Origin: an uncultured Acidobacteriota bacterium
Lineage (GTDB): Bacteria > Acidobacteriota > Terriglobia > UBA7540
DNA: 64,000 nucleotides
Assembly (NCBI GenBank): GCA_963804995.1
Contig: CAWDSK010000003.1
Location: 576,001-640,000 of the forward strand
Direction of reading: 5' to 3'
Within the stretch, counting starts at the first letter, position 1. Each line of letters starts with the position of its first letter. The notes beneath the pieces were generated by a model. It saw only the letters and a list, made by a program, of their open reading frames with translations. It had not been told where the DNA came from and did not search any database. Position numbers and translations under genes: made by a program. Below are positions 17,866 to 27,132 of this stretch, in pieces.

Positions 17866-20128
17866 ATGGAGAGTAATTCCACCCCACAAGCCCCCCCCCG
17901 CGCCACTACACCTGCACTACCCCGGGTCATGGTGGCGACGACCGCCATGCTCACCTTTATCACCTTTTGGCGAGCCGCGGCGATCGTCCTGAATGACCTT
18001 GCTTCCTCCGCCTACTACGCGGGCGGCATCGCCGAGCAGGCAGTGGGCAAATCAGCCCCCTGGTTCATCCTCGCCATCATGCTGTTTTCCTACCTGGTGC
18101 GAGCGATTTACGTCGAAAGCTGCAGCATGTTCGTGCGCGGTGGAGTCTACCGCGTGGTCAAAGAGGCGATGGGTGGGACTCTTGCCAAATTCTCAGTTTC
18201 CGCCCTGATGTTCGATTACATCCTGACGGGCCCCATCAGCGGCGTTTCCGCCGGCCAGTACCTTGTGGGGTTTCTGAACGAGATCCTCCAGTATTTCCAC
18301 CTTGCGATCGTCTTGCCCGTAAACCATACGGCTGCCTTCTTCGCTGCCCTGGTCACAATTTATTTCTGGTGGGAGAACGTCAAAGGAATCCCGGAATCGA
18401 GTGAGAAGGCTCTGCGCATCATGCAACTCACCACCGTGATGGTGGTGCTCCTGATTGGCTGGTGCGGTTACACGCTTTGGGTACGAGGCGGCCACCTGCC
18501 TCCGCCGCCCACGCTCGGACACCTTAATTTCGCCCCCGATGCCTTGGGATGGCTGAGAGGAAGCCGGCTGCCCCAGACGATCGGCATAGTGGGAATCTTC
18601 ATTGGTCTCGGCCACTCCGTGTTGGCCATGAGCGGCGAAGAGTCTCTGGCGCAGGTGTATCGTGAAATCCAGCATCCCAAACTGCCGAACTTGAAAAAGG
18701 CGGGCTTGGTTATTTTCATTTACAGCATGGTCTTCACCTCGCTGGTGTCGTTCTTTGCGGTGATGATCATCCCGGATGCAGTGCGGAAAAACTTCTTTGA
18801 CAATCTGATCGGCGGTCTGGCCATGAACATGGCAGGCCCGCTGATGCTCCGCCTGGTGTTCCATGCTTTCGTGGTTTTGGTGGGCACCATGATTCTGGCC
18901 GGCGCGGTCAATACCGCCATTGTGGGTTCCAATGGAGTTCTCAACCGCGTTTCGGAAGATGGAGTGCTGTCCGACTGGTTCCGGCGCCCGCACCCGCGCT
19001 TTGGCACCTCCTATCGCATTATCGACATGGTGGTTGGCCTGCAGCTTTTGACGATCCTCCTGAGCCGAGGCAACATAATGATCCTGGGCGAGGCCTATGC
19101 CTTTGGCGTGGTGTGGAGCTTCGTCATGAAGGGTCTGGCGGTGCTGGTGCTGCGTTACAAAAATGCCGGGCCCCGTGAGTACCGGGTTCCGTTAAACATC
19201 CATATTGCCGGACGCGAAATTCCCATCGGGCTCGGCGTCATCACCCTGGTGCTTCTGGGTATCGCGCTTATCAATCTGCTTACCAAACAGGTTGCGACGA
19301 TTTCCGGAGTCTCGTTTACCATAATTCTCTTCCTCGTCTTCACGATCTCGGAGAAAATAACTCATTCTCGCCAGGGCATTCACGAGGAATTGGATCAATT
19401 TCACCTGGTCCCGGGCGAGGAACTCACCCCCAAGGCGGTCGGAGTTCGTCCCGGCAACGTTTTGGTTTTAGCTCGCGACTACCACACCCTTTACCATCTG
19501 GCGGCCGTCCTGCGTCGCGTCAACACCACCCGCCAGGACGTCGTGGTCCTGAATATTCGAATCTTGCTACGCGCCGCTTCCGGTGAGAGCAGCCTTGAGC
19601 CGGAACAGCTCTTCAGCGTCACGGAGCAATACCTCTTCACTCGCGCCCTTTCCCTCGCCGAACACGAAGGTAAAAGCATTCATCTTTCGGTCGCTGCTGC
19701 CAGTGACATTTGGGATGGCATTCTGCGCTCCGCGCACTCGCTCCAATCCTCGACCATCGTCCTCGCACTCTCCGCGAAGATGACGGAGACGGAGGAAGCA
19801 CGGCGTGCCGGCTTCGCCTGGGAACGGCTCCCCGATCCTAAACCGCGGTTGACCGTAGAGATCTTCACTCCCGACGGCAGGGAAGAGATCTTCTATCTAG
19901 GGCCGCATGCACCCCACCTTACCCCCAAGGAAATCGATCTGCTCCACAAGCTCTGGTTAAAATACAGTACCGAGCTTGCTCCGGAAGAGGTCCACCACCA
20001 CGACATCGTACACTTCGCGCTGAACGAGTTGCAGGATGAGCTGGCTCAAGGGTAAGGAAAAGGAAGTTCGCCTGAGATTGAAAGAGCACCTTGAGCAGAT
20101 CAAGTCCCGCCGCGTTCCCCACCTTTGA
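17866..20128 (+). CDS. APC family permease with cytoplasmic C-terminal (USP-like) domain; apparent +1 frameshift at ~20050
   Basis: About 12 TM segments (DLASSAYYAGG, GGVYRVVKEA, MSGEESLAQ). The ORF stops at 20055, but removing one G from CAAGGGTAAG reads on as QGKEKEVRLRLKEHLEQIKSRRVPHL* to 20128. Confidence 0.88.
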
Positions 20129-20171
20129 GTGATTGTAGAATTTTGAATTGCTTCTATCGGCCATCGACTAT

Positions 20172-21203
20172 TCAATCGGCCTGGCGCTCGTCCTTGGGGC
20201 GGAAGATCTGCGTCAGGATGACCCCGATCGAAACCAGGGCAATGCTGAGCAGCATAAGCAGATTCAGGAATTCGTGCAGGAAAAAGTGGGCGAATAAAGT
20301 GGCAACCAGAGGCGTGAGGGAAGAAAAAGCATAAACGCGCGCCACGGCCATGAGGCGCAGGGCCGTAAACATACAGTAGATCGCGAAGACACCGGAAAGG
20401 ACACCGCTGGTCAGCAGGGCAGCCAGGGTGCGCCAGGTTGTGGATTGCAGCGATGCGCCGTGCCCTGAAATCAGCAAGCCGGCGATACCCACCGCTACGC
20501 TCGTGACAAATTGCAGGAAGATCGCCACTGATTGGTGCGCGCCGCGAAGCTGCCCGTCACGCCACAGGACCCCGGAAATCCCGTAGGTCAACGCCGTGCT
20601 AAGAGCCAGCGGGATGGCCCAATACCACAGCGGGGAAATCGGCTGGCCCCGAACCTGTCCGAGCGCTAGCCCAACCAATCCCAGAAAAATCAAGCCCACA
20701 CCCACAAGAGCATAGCGATGAATCCGTTCATGCAGAAACACCCACGCGATCAAGGTTCCCCAGATGACGTAGGTCTCCTGAACCGGTATGGTGATGGTCA
20801 CTCCGCCGATCTGAATTGCAAAGTAGTAAAGGAAGAGTCCCAAAGTGGAGATGACGCCCGCGGCGACAAAAGCCAGGATGGCCCGCGGCCCAATGTACTG
20901 CGGCGAACTCGGTCGCAATTGATCGAGCGTGCGGTGCTTCCACACCAGGATACAACCCAGCAGCAAGCTGGGCAGTCCGCGCAGCACCGGACCAATGACC
21001 GGGTCGGCATGGACCACGGCGAGACGGTCGAAAATGTTAGCTGAGGCGTAACCCGTTACCGTCCCCAGCGCCCAGGGCTCACCGCGACGGCGTGGATTGG
21101 GGTTGGATGGGGTTTCCATATCGGTCGGGATCGTGGTCTCCGCACTGTTATCACAGGCCTCAGCGATTATATCGGGTTGAAGGGTTTGGGCAAGCTGATT
21201 CAC
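20172..21203 (-). CDS. DMT/EamA family transporter
   Basis: About 10 TM segments in two EamA repeats (IAWVFLHERI, LFAHFFLHEFL). Start GTG 21203 or ATG 21119. Confidence 0.88.
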   Translation of the reverse strand: MNQLAQTLQPDIIAEACDNSAETTIPTDMETPSNPNPRRRGEPWALGTVTGYASANIFDRLAVVHADPVIGPVLRGLPSLLLGCILVWKHRTLDQLRPSSPQYIGPRAILAFVAAGVISTLGLFLYYFAIQIGGVTITIPVQETYVIWGTLIAWVFLHERIHRYALVGVGLIFLGLVGLALGQVRGQPISPLWYWAIPLALSTALTYGISGVLWRDGQLRGAHQSVAIFLQFVTSVAVGIAGLLISGHGASLQSTTWRTLAALLTSGVLSGVFAIYCMFTALRLMAVARVYAFSSLTPLVATLFAHFFLHEFLNLLMLLSIALVSIGVILTQIFRPKDERQAD

Positions 21204-21297
21204 AAGCCTTTTACAATTTCATGACGTATTCTCGCCACCCTCGTTGGATACTACTTCCGGTTGGATTTGAATAGGCGGCGCCCGGAGAGCAATTGCC

Positions 21298-21408
21298 GGT
21301 ACTGGTGCAGTTTGACGTAGCGGCGGGTTTACCCCGCCATCGTACGTCGAGATAACTCGATCGATGGCGGGGTAAACCCGCCGCTACGTCAGCAAACTGA
21401 ACCAATAC
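21298..21408. repeat. REP pair (GACGTAGCGGCGGGTTTACCCCGCCAT family) inside ggtactggtgcagtttg / caaactgaaccaatacc inverted ends
   Basis: The same REP occurs at ~46592-46642, ~55135-55208 and ~57855-57935. Confidence 0.88.
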
Positions 21409-21424
21409 CCAATTGCTTTGCTTC

Positions 21425-21454
21425 TTGAGGGGGCCACCTAAGAAGTGATACATT
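21425..21454 (+). promoter_or_regulatory. Sigma70-like promoter driving the FMN riboswitch leader
   Basis: TTGAGG-18 nt-TACATT with TGn extended -10, ending 16 nt upstream of the aptamer P1. Confidence 0.5.
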
Positions 21455-21470
21455 AGATACGGAATTTAGT

Positions 21471-21668
21471 GACCTTCGGGGCAGGGTGAGGACTCGCAGC
21501 ATTTTGATTCGGCTGCAACTCCAATTCCCGATCGGCGGTATAGCCCGCGAGGGGAGATCCGAATCGCCAGCGTGCACTAAGCTGTGTTACGAGGGCGAAA
21601 CGAATCTGCAATCCCCAGGATCCGGTGAAACTCCGGGGCCGACGGTACAGTCCGGATGGAAGAAGGTC
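21471..21668 (+). ncRNA. FMN riboswitch (RFN element)
   Basis: GACCTTCGGGGCAGGGTGA..AATTCCCGATCGGCGGTATAGCCCGCGA..GGATCCGGTGAAACTCCGGGGCCGACGGTACAGTCCGGATGGAAGAAGGTC contains all conserved RFN blocks in order; P1 is GACCTTC/GAAGGTC. Confidence 0.97.
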
Positions 21669-21788
21669 AGGGCCGGTCCTTGTTTGGTGGACAATACTGC
21701 CTTCGCAGGTAGCGGAGGTGGCCGTCCATCTGTGTACCCTACCGCTCTGATCCCCTCCTCGCTCGTGCCCCGCCGTGAGGAAATTCCC

Positions 21789-24700
21789 TTGGGAAAGAAC
21801 CGGGAAAGAATTCTTTCACCGCTAATCATTCTCGTCTTCGAAGTTCTCTTTGCCTTGTGCGGTCTGACCCTGGCACCGTGGGCGGGCCGCGCGCAAAACT
21901 GGAACAGCCAACTGGAAGGGCTCATTACCGATCCCAGTGGCGCGGTCATTCCCGGAACCCAGGTTGAGTTGAAGAACTCTGCCACAGGGCAAATCCGCAA
22001 AACCAAAACCGATCAGCAAGGGTTCTATACTTTTCCTCTCGTACCGGTAGGGACCTACGACCTGCAAGTGGTGGCCCCCGGCTTTGCCACGCGCCTCCTG
22101 CATGGCTTGGTTCTGCAAGTCGGGCAGACGCCTCGCGTCGATTTGACACTGCAACTCGCGCGCGGTCAGGAGGTGTTGCAGGTCCAAGCCAGGACCCCGC
22201 TGGTCGAGACGGCTTCCCCTGCCATCGGCGACGAGCTCTCGAACCAACGCGTTACTTCCCTTCCCTTGAACGGGCGGCAATTCTCGCAGCTTGCGCTGCT
22301 CGCCGCCGGCGCCGTCCCACCCTATGCGAATGGCGCCACGCAGCAGTTCAATACGCCCGCCCAAGGTCTGGGATTTTCCGTTAATGGCCAGCGCTCCGAA
22401 CGCAACAACTTCTCTCTGGACGGCATCACGCTGATTGAACCTTTCGCCTTCAGCCTGACTGCGAATCCCTCAACGGATGCCATCCGGGAGTTCCGCGTGG
22501 TTGAGAATTCCTATTCCGCGGAACAGGGGATGCTTTCCGGCGCGCAAGTCGATATCGTGTCACGATCAGGTTCGAACCGGCTTCAGGGCACCGTCTACGA
22601 GTACTTGCGCAACAGCGCGTTCGACGCCAAGAACTTCTTTGATGACCCCACCCGTCCTATCCCACCCTATCGGCAAAACCAGTTCGGGGGAAGCTTGGGT
22701 GGACCCGCGCGCCGCGACCGGACATTCTTCTTCACCAATTACGAGGGATTTCGCATTCGCCAGAGCATCACGAACACCACCCTGCTCCCGACTGCAGCGG
22801 AGCGCCAAGGTGATTTCAGTGGGATCAATCCTGCCACCAGCCAGCCTTTTCCCGCGATCATTAATCCCGCGACCGGTGCGCCCTTCTCCGGAAATCATGT
22901 TCCTATCGCGGACATGAGTTCTGTGTCGCGGGCGCTGCTTGCCCTCGTGCCGCTGCCGAACCAATCCACTGGGGCGCTGGGTACGAATAACAGCATCGAT
23001 ACGGGGCTCCATGATCTGACCTCTGACCAGTTCACGGTGCGGGTCGATCACCAACTCAATTCCCGGCAGCAACTCTTCGGGCGCTTTCTGTTTTTTCAAG
23101 ACACTCAACTCTTTCCTTTCGTGCCAGACAGCTTTGCCAATAATCCGCCTGCCCCGCCCGGCTTTGGAGACAACGTCCACGACTCCGGCCGCAATCTGGC
23201 TCTGGGCCTCACCTCCGCCTTCCGGCCCACCATGATCAACGATTTTCGCTTCGGTTACTCTTACTACCACGGCGCCAAAGCAGGCCAGAACATCCGCAGC
23301 GGATTTCTTCAGTCACAGGGTTTGTCGCGCGCACCCGGCGCAACCAACGACGGCATTCCTGCCCTGGCCATTCCAGGTTACGCCGACCTGGGAGACAGCG
23401 ACATCTTCCAGCCGCAGTATCGCAAGAATCACACTTTTCAAGTGACTGACAGCCTGGTGTGGGTAAAAGGGCGGCACACTTTTCAGGTCGGAGGCGACTT
23501 CCGGCGGCTGCGGCTCTTCTACTTGGTCGAGGACTTCGGCCAAGGTGTGTTCCAATTCAGTGACGGGGCCAGTTCAGTTTCCGGCACGGCCTTCTCTGAC
23601 TTTCTGCTTGGCAGGCCGTTCCTTTCCTATGCCCAGGCTGGCAATTCCGGCGGCAACGACCGCCTCGACTATGTGGGAGCGTACTTCTCGGATGAATTTC
23701 ACGCTACCCCGCGCCTGAGCCTCACCTACGGCCTGCGCGAGGAATTCCACACGCCCCCGGTGAACATCGAGGGCCGGGCGTCGATCCTCGATCCCTCTAA
23801 TGCCCTGCGGTTCATCGTGCTCAATAACCGTGGCCAGGCTGACTCCCTGATTGCGAATCCGCTGGTCCAACAACTCAGTTCGCTTTACGGATTGCAATTC
23901 GAAACCTCGCAGCAGGCAGGATTACCAGATTCACTCATCAAGCCGGACTGGGCCAACTGGGCGCCCCGCTTCGGCTTCGCTTACGACCTGAATGGCAACA
24001 GCAAATCCTCGCTGCGCGGGGGCCTCGGTGTATTCAATTCCCTGATGGAACTTGATTACACTTCGGAGACGCGCCTGAGTGCGCCCATTACCGACTTCCT
24101 CTTCGGGCTCGACTTGTGCCGCTTCTACGGCCCCGGCGCGTGCGGTCAGTCTTTTGCTCCACCCGTGCTCACCTATCAACTCGGTTACACGCTCGGCAAT
24201 CAGGAGCCCACCGCTATTTCGTCTCCGCCCAACATCCGCAACGGTTATGTTTATGAGTGGAGCCTTTCCTATGAGCGTGAGCTCGCGCCCAACACCATCG
24301 TCTCGGTAAGTTACACGGGATCCGACGGCCACAAGTTGCCGCGGCGGGCTCTGCAAAATCAAGGCGTGCCCAATCTGCCGGGAGAGCGGCGTGGCTATCA
24401 TCCGCAACCTGGCTCCAACCAATTCATCCGCGCCACTGACGTAGACTCGAATTACAATGCGCTCGTGGCCCGCCTGGAGCGCCGCCTTTCCGGCGGACTC
24501 TCCTTCGCAGGCGGCTACACTTACGGCAAATCCCTTGACACCACCTCGGGGCTCGATGGCACCAATCAGCCGCAGGACAATTACAATATGCGCGCAGAAT
24601 ATGGCCCCTCCGATTTCGACATGCGCCAGCGCTTCACATTGTCGGGAATCTGGCAGTTGCCGTTCGGAACGAATGGGCGTTGGGCGAAGCAAGGAGCGGC

Positions 24701-25181
24701 CCGGAGCATCGCCGGCGATTGGCAACTCGCGAGCATCGTCACACTTCAAACCGGCCAGCCCGTCACCGCCATCCTCGCCACGGCGCTCAGCGGCACACAG
24801 TCGAACGGCACCGATCGCCCCAACTTGATTGCTGACCCCAATCTTCCCGGCAGCCAGCGCCGCCCGACCCGTTGGTTCAATACCAATGCCTTCGCCACCC
24901 CGCCAATCTTTAACGATGCGCTGGGCGCCTACAGCATTCCCGGGAATGAGGCGCGAAATGTGATTACCGGCCCGGATCTGAAAAGTTGGGACGCCAGCCT
25001 GGAACGTAACTTCCGCCTGACCGAGCGCTCAAAGATAATCTTCCGCACGGATTGCTTCAACCTCACCAACCATCCCAATTTCAATCGCCCCGGGTTGATC
25101 TTTGGTACGTCGAATTTTGGAAAGATTACGTCTGCACAAAACTCCCGGCAGATTCAGCTTTCCCTGCGCTTGAATTGGTAA
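21789..25181 (+). CDS. TonB-dependent receptor (Oar-like), FMN-riboswitch controlled; candidate flavin transporter
   Basis: LEGLITDPSGAVIPG, SLPLNGRQFSQLA, VYEYLRNSAFDAKNFF, C-terminal FNLTNHPNF...RQIQLSLRLNW. GAGGA RBS precedes TTG 21789, which is followed by a signal-peptide-like segment. Confidence 0.93.
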   Translation: MGKNRERILSPLIILVFEVLFALCGLTLAPWAGRAQNWNSQLEGLITDPSGAVIPGTQVELKNSATGQIRKTKTDQQGFYTFPLVPVGTYDLQVVAPGFATRLLHGLVLQVGQTPRVDLTLQLARGQEVLQVQARTPLVETASPAIGDELSNQRVTSLPLNGRQFSQLALLAAGAVPPYANGATQQFNTPAQGLGFSVNGQRSERNNFSLDGITLIEPFAFSLTANPSTDAIREFRVVENSYSAEQGMLSGAQVDIVSRSGSNRLQGTVYEYLRNSAFDAKNFFDDPTRPIPPYRQNQFGGSLGGPARRDRTFFFTNYEGFRIRQSITNTTLLPTAAERQGDFSGINPATSQPFPAIINPATGAPFSGNHVPIADMSSVSRALLALVPLPNQSTGALGTNNSIDTGLHDLTSDQFTVRVDHQLNSRQQLFGRFLFFQDTQLFPFVPDSFANNPPAPPGFGDNVHDSGRNLALGLTSAFRPTMINDFRFGYSYYHGAKAGQNIRSGFLQSQGLSRAPGATNDGIPALAIPGYADLGDSDIFQPQYRKNHTFQVTDSLVWVKGRHTFQVGGDFRRLRLFYLVEDFGQGVFQFSDGASSVSGTAFSDFLLGRPFLSYAQAGNSGGNDRLDYVGAYFSDEFHATPRLSLTYGLREEFHTPPVNIEGRASILDPSNALRFIVLNNRGQADSLIANPLVQQLSSLYGLQFETSQQAGLPDSLIKPDWANWAPRFGFAYDLNGNSKSSLRGGLGVFNSLMELDYTSETRLSAPITDFLFGLDLCRFYGPGACGQSFAPPVLTYQLGYTLGNQEPTAISSPPNIRNGYVYEWSLSYERELAPNTIVSVSYTGSDGHKLPRRALQNQGVPNLPGERRGYHPQPGSNQFIRATDVDSNYNALVARLERRLSGGLSFAGGYTYGKSLDTTSGLDGTNQPQDNYNMRAEYGPSDFDMRQRFTLSGIWQLPFGTNGRWAKQGAARSIAGDWQLASIVTLQTGQPVTAILATALSGTQSNGTDRPNLIADPNLPGSQRRPTRWFNTNAFATPPIFNDALGAYSIPGNEARNVITGPDLKSWDASLERNFRLTERSKIIFRTDCFNLTNHPNFNRPGLIFGTSNFGKITSAQNSRQIQLSLRLNW

Positions 25182-25199
25182 GCTACTCGCATTGCGAAC

Positions 25200-26945
25200 C
25201 TAGTCCTCCAACGTCGAGAGGTCGCCGGTGGGCAGGCCTAATTCCCAGGCCTTCAGGACGCGGCGCATGATTTTCCCGCTGCGCGTTTTGGGTAGCTTTT
25301 CGCGGAATTCAATCTCGCGCGGAGCCGCGTGCGCCGCCAGTTTTTGCCGCACGAATTTCTGAATCTCATCTTTCAGCTCGTCGCTCGGTTTGTATCCTTC
25401 GCGCAGCGAGATGAACGCTTTGATGATGTGACCGCGCATGGCGTCGGGCTTGCCAATCACTCCGGCTTCGGCGACCGCCGGGTGCTCAACCAGGCAACTC
25501 TCGACCTCGAAGGGCCCCACGTTTTCGCCGGCCGTAATAATCAGGTCATCGACGCGCCCCTGGAACCAGAAATACCCGTCGGGGTCTTTGTAAGCGCTGT
25601 CGCCCGTCACGTACCAGCCCGGAATGCGGAAATAAGTCTCGTAGCGCTCCGGTTGTTTCCAGATGGTCCTCATCATACCGGGCCAGCCGGGCTTTATCAC
25701 CAAGTTGCCGAGCGTATTGGGAGGCACTTCCTTGCCCTCGTCATCGACGATTGTGGCGTGGACACCCGGCAGGGGCCGCCCCATCGAACCGGGCCGGATA
25801 GTCATAGAGGGATAATTCGAAACCAGGATATGTCCTGTTTCAGTCATCCACCAGTTGTCATGGATGCGCCGGCCGTAGGTTTTCCATCCCCACCACACCA
25901 CTTCCGGATTCAGCGGCTCCCCTACGCTCAGCACGTGGCGGAGGCTCGAGAGGTCATACTTTTCGACCACCTCTTCGCCCGCCCCCATCAGCATGCGGAA
26001 GGCGGTGGGCGCGCTGTACCAGATGTTCACGCGGAAGCGCTCGATGGTGTGGTACCAGTCGGCAGCGTTGAAGCGCCCGCCGCGGATGAGGTTGGTCATG
26101 CCGTTCAGCCAGGGTGAAAAGATTCCGTAGGAAGTTCCCGTCACCCAACCCGGGTCAGCCGTGCACCAATAGACATCGTCTTCGCGCATGTCGAGCACCC
26201 AGCGGCCCGTCATCAAGTGCCCGAGCATGGCGCGTTGGACGTGCAACACGCCCTTGGGTTTTCCCGTTGAGCCCGACGTGTAGTGGATGATCAGAGGATC
26301 GTCCAGCGTCAGCCACTCGATTTCCGTCTTCTCCTCGGCTTTGTCCATCAGGGCTTCGTAGCTATGCTGCGATTCCGACAACTCGCTGGCCGCCGCGCCC
26401 ACCAGGATAATGTGCTTCAGCGCGGGCAATTCGTATTGCGGCACGCGTTCGACGAGCGCCGGAGAGGTCACCAGCGCCACGGCTTCGGCGTTCGCCATGC
26501 GGTCCCTGACCGCGTCTTCCATGAAGGCCTCGAAGAGGGGGTTCGGAATCGCGCCGATCTTCAGGATGCCGAGGATGGCGATATAAAGTTCCGGGCGTCG
26601 TCCCAGGAATACAAACACCCGGTCGCCCTTTTTCACTCCCAGCTTGCGCAGAACGTTTGCGAAGCGGTTGGACTGTAGCGACAGGTCCTCAAAAGTAAAG
26701 CGCGAGGTGTGTTCCTTGTCGGTATAAATCAGCGCCAGCTTGTTGCGACGGCCGCGCGTCAACTGGCGGTCAATGGCCTCGTGCGCCATGTTGACCTTGC
26801 CGGTTTTTGCCCAATCAAATTCCTTCTCTGCGTCTTCCCAGCGGAACGTCGAGTAAAGCCCCTCATAATCCTTCAGATGGTGGGCCTGGGGATCGTCCAC
26901 CGGCTTCAAGACATTCAGCGGGTCCGCAGACGCTTTCGTGGCCAT
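25200..26945 (-). CDS. acsA: Acetate--CoA ligase
   Basis: YTSGSTGKPKG, WCTADPGWVTGTSY, DNWWMTETG, LPKTRSGKIMRR, GDLSTLED. Confidence 0.95.
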   Translation of the reverse strand: MATKASADPLNVLKPVDDPQAHHLKDYEGLYSTFRWEDAEKEFDWAKTGKVNMAHEAIDRQLTRGRRNKLALIYTDKEHTSRFTFEDLSLQSNRFANVLRKLGVKKGDRVFVFLGRRPELYIAILGILKIGAIPNPLFEAFMEDAVRDRMANAEAVALVTSPALVERVPQYELPALKHIILVGAAASELSESQHSYEALMDKAEEKTEIEWLTLDDPLIIHYTSGSTGKPKGVLHVQRAMLGHLMTGRWVLDMREDDVYWCTADPGWVTGTSYGIFSPWLNGMTNLIRGGRFNAADWYHTIERFRVNIWYSAPTAFRMLMGAGEEVVEKYDLSSLRHVLSVGEPLNPEVVWWGWKTYGRRIHDNWWMTETGHILVSNYPSMTIRPGSMGRPLPGVHATIVDDEGKEVPPNTLGNLVIKPGWPGMMRTIWKQPERYETYFRIPGWYVTGDSAYKDPDGYFWFQGRVDDLIITAGENVGPFEVESCLVEHPAVAEAGVIGKPDAMRGHIIKAFISLREGYKPSDELKDEIQKFVRQKLAAHAAPREIEFREKLPKTRSGKIMRRVLKAWELGLPTGDLSTLED

Positions 26946-26976
26946 TTTGGAAACCTCGTTAGTGGGAATTTGGTCT

Positions 26977-27132
26977 AAGGGCAGTGGCTAGTGGTTAGTG
27001 GCTAGTGGATAGTGACGAGCGCCTCCGAGATCCTAAGTGGGAAGAATCACTCCAATTTTGTTGGCTTCGGACCTCGGACGCCGGAAACGATTCTTGCTAG
27101 CCACTAGCCACTAACCACTAGCCACTGCCCTT
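26977..27132. repeat. Perfect 32-bp inverted repeat built from heptamers (AGTGGCT/AGTGGTT)
   Basis: aagggcagtggctagtggttagtggctagtgg (26977-27008) is the reverse complement of 27101-27132. Confidence 0.93.

Noticed and set aside
21486..21788. N-terminal extension of the 1231-aa TBDR ORF
   Set aside because: It runs through the FMN aptamer; the RBS and signal peptide point to 21789.
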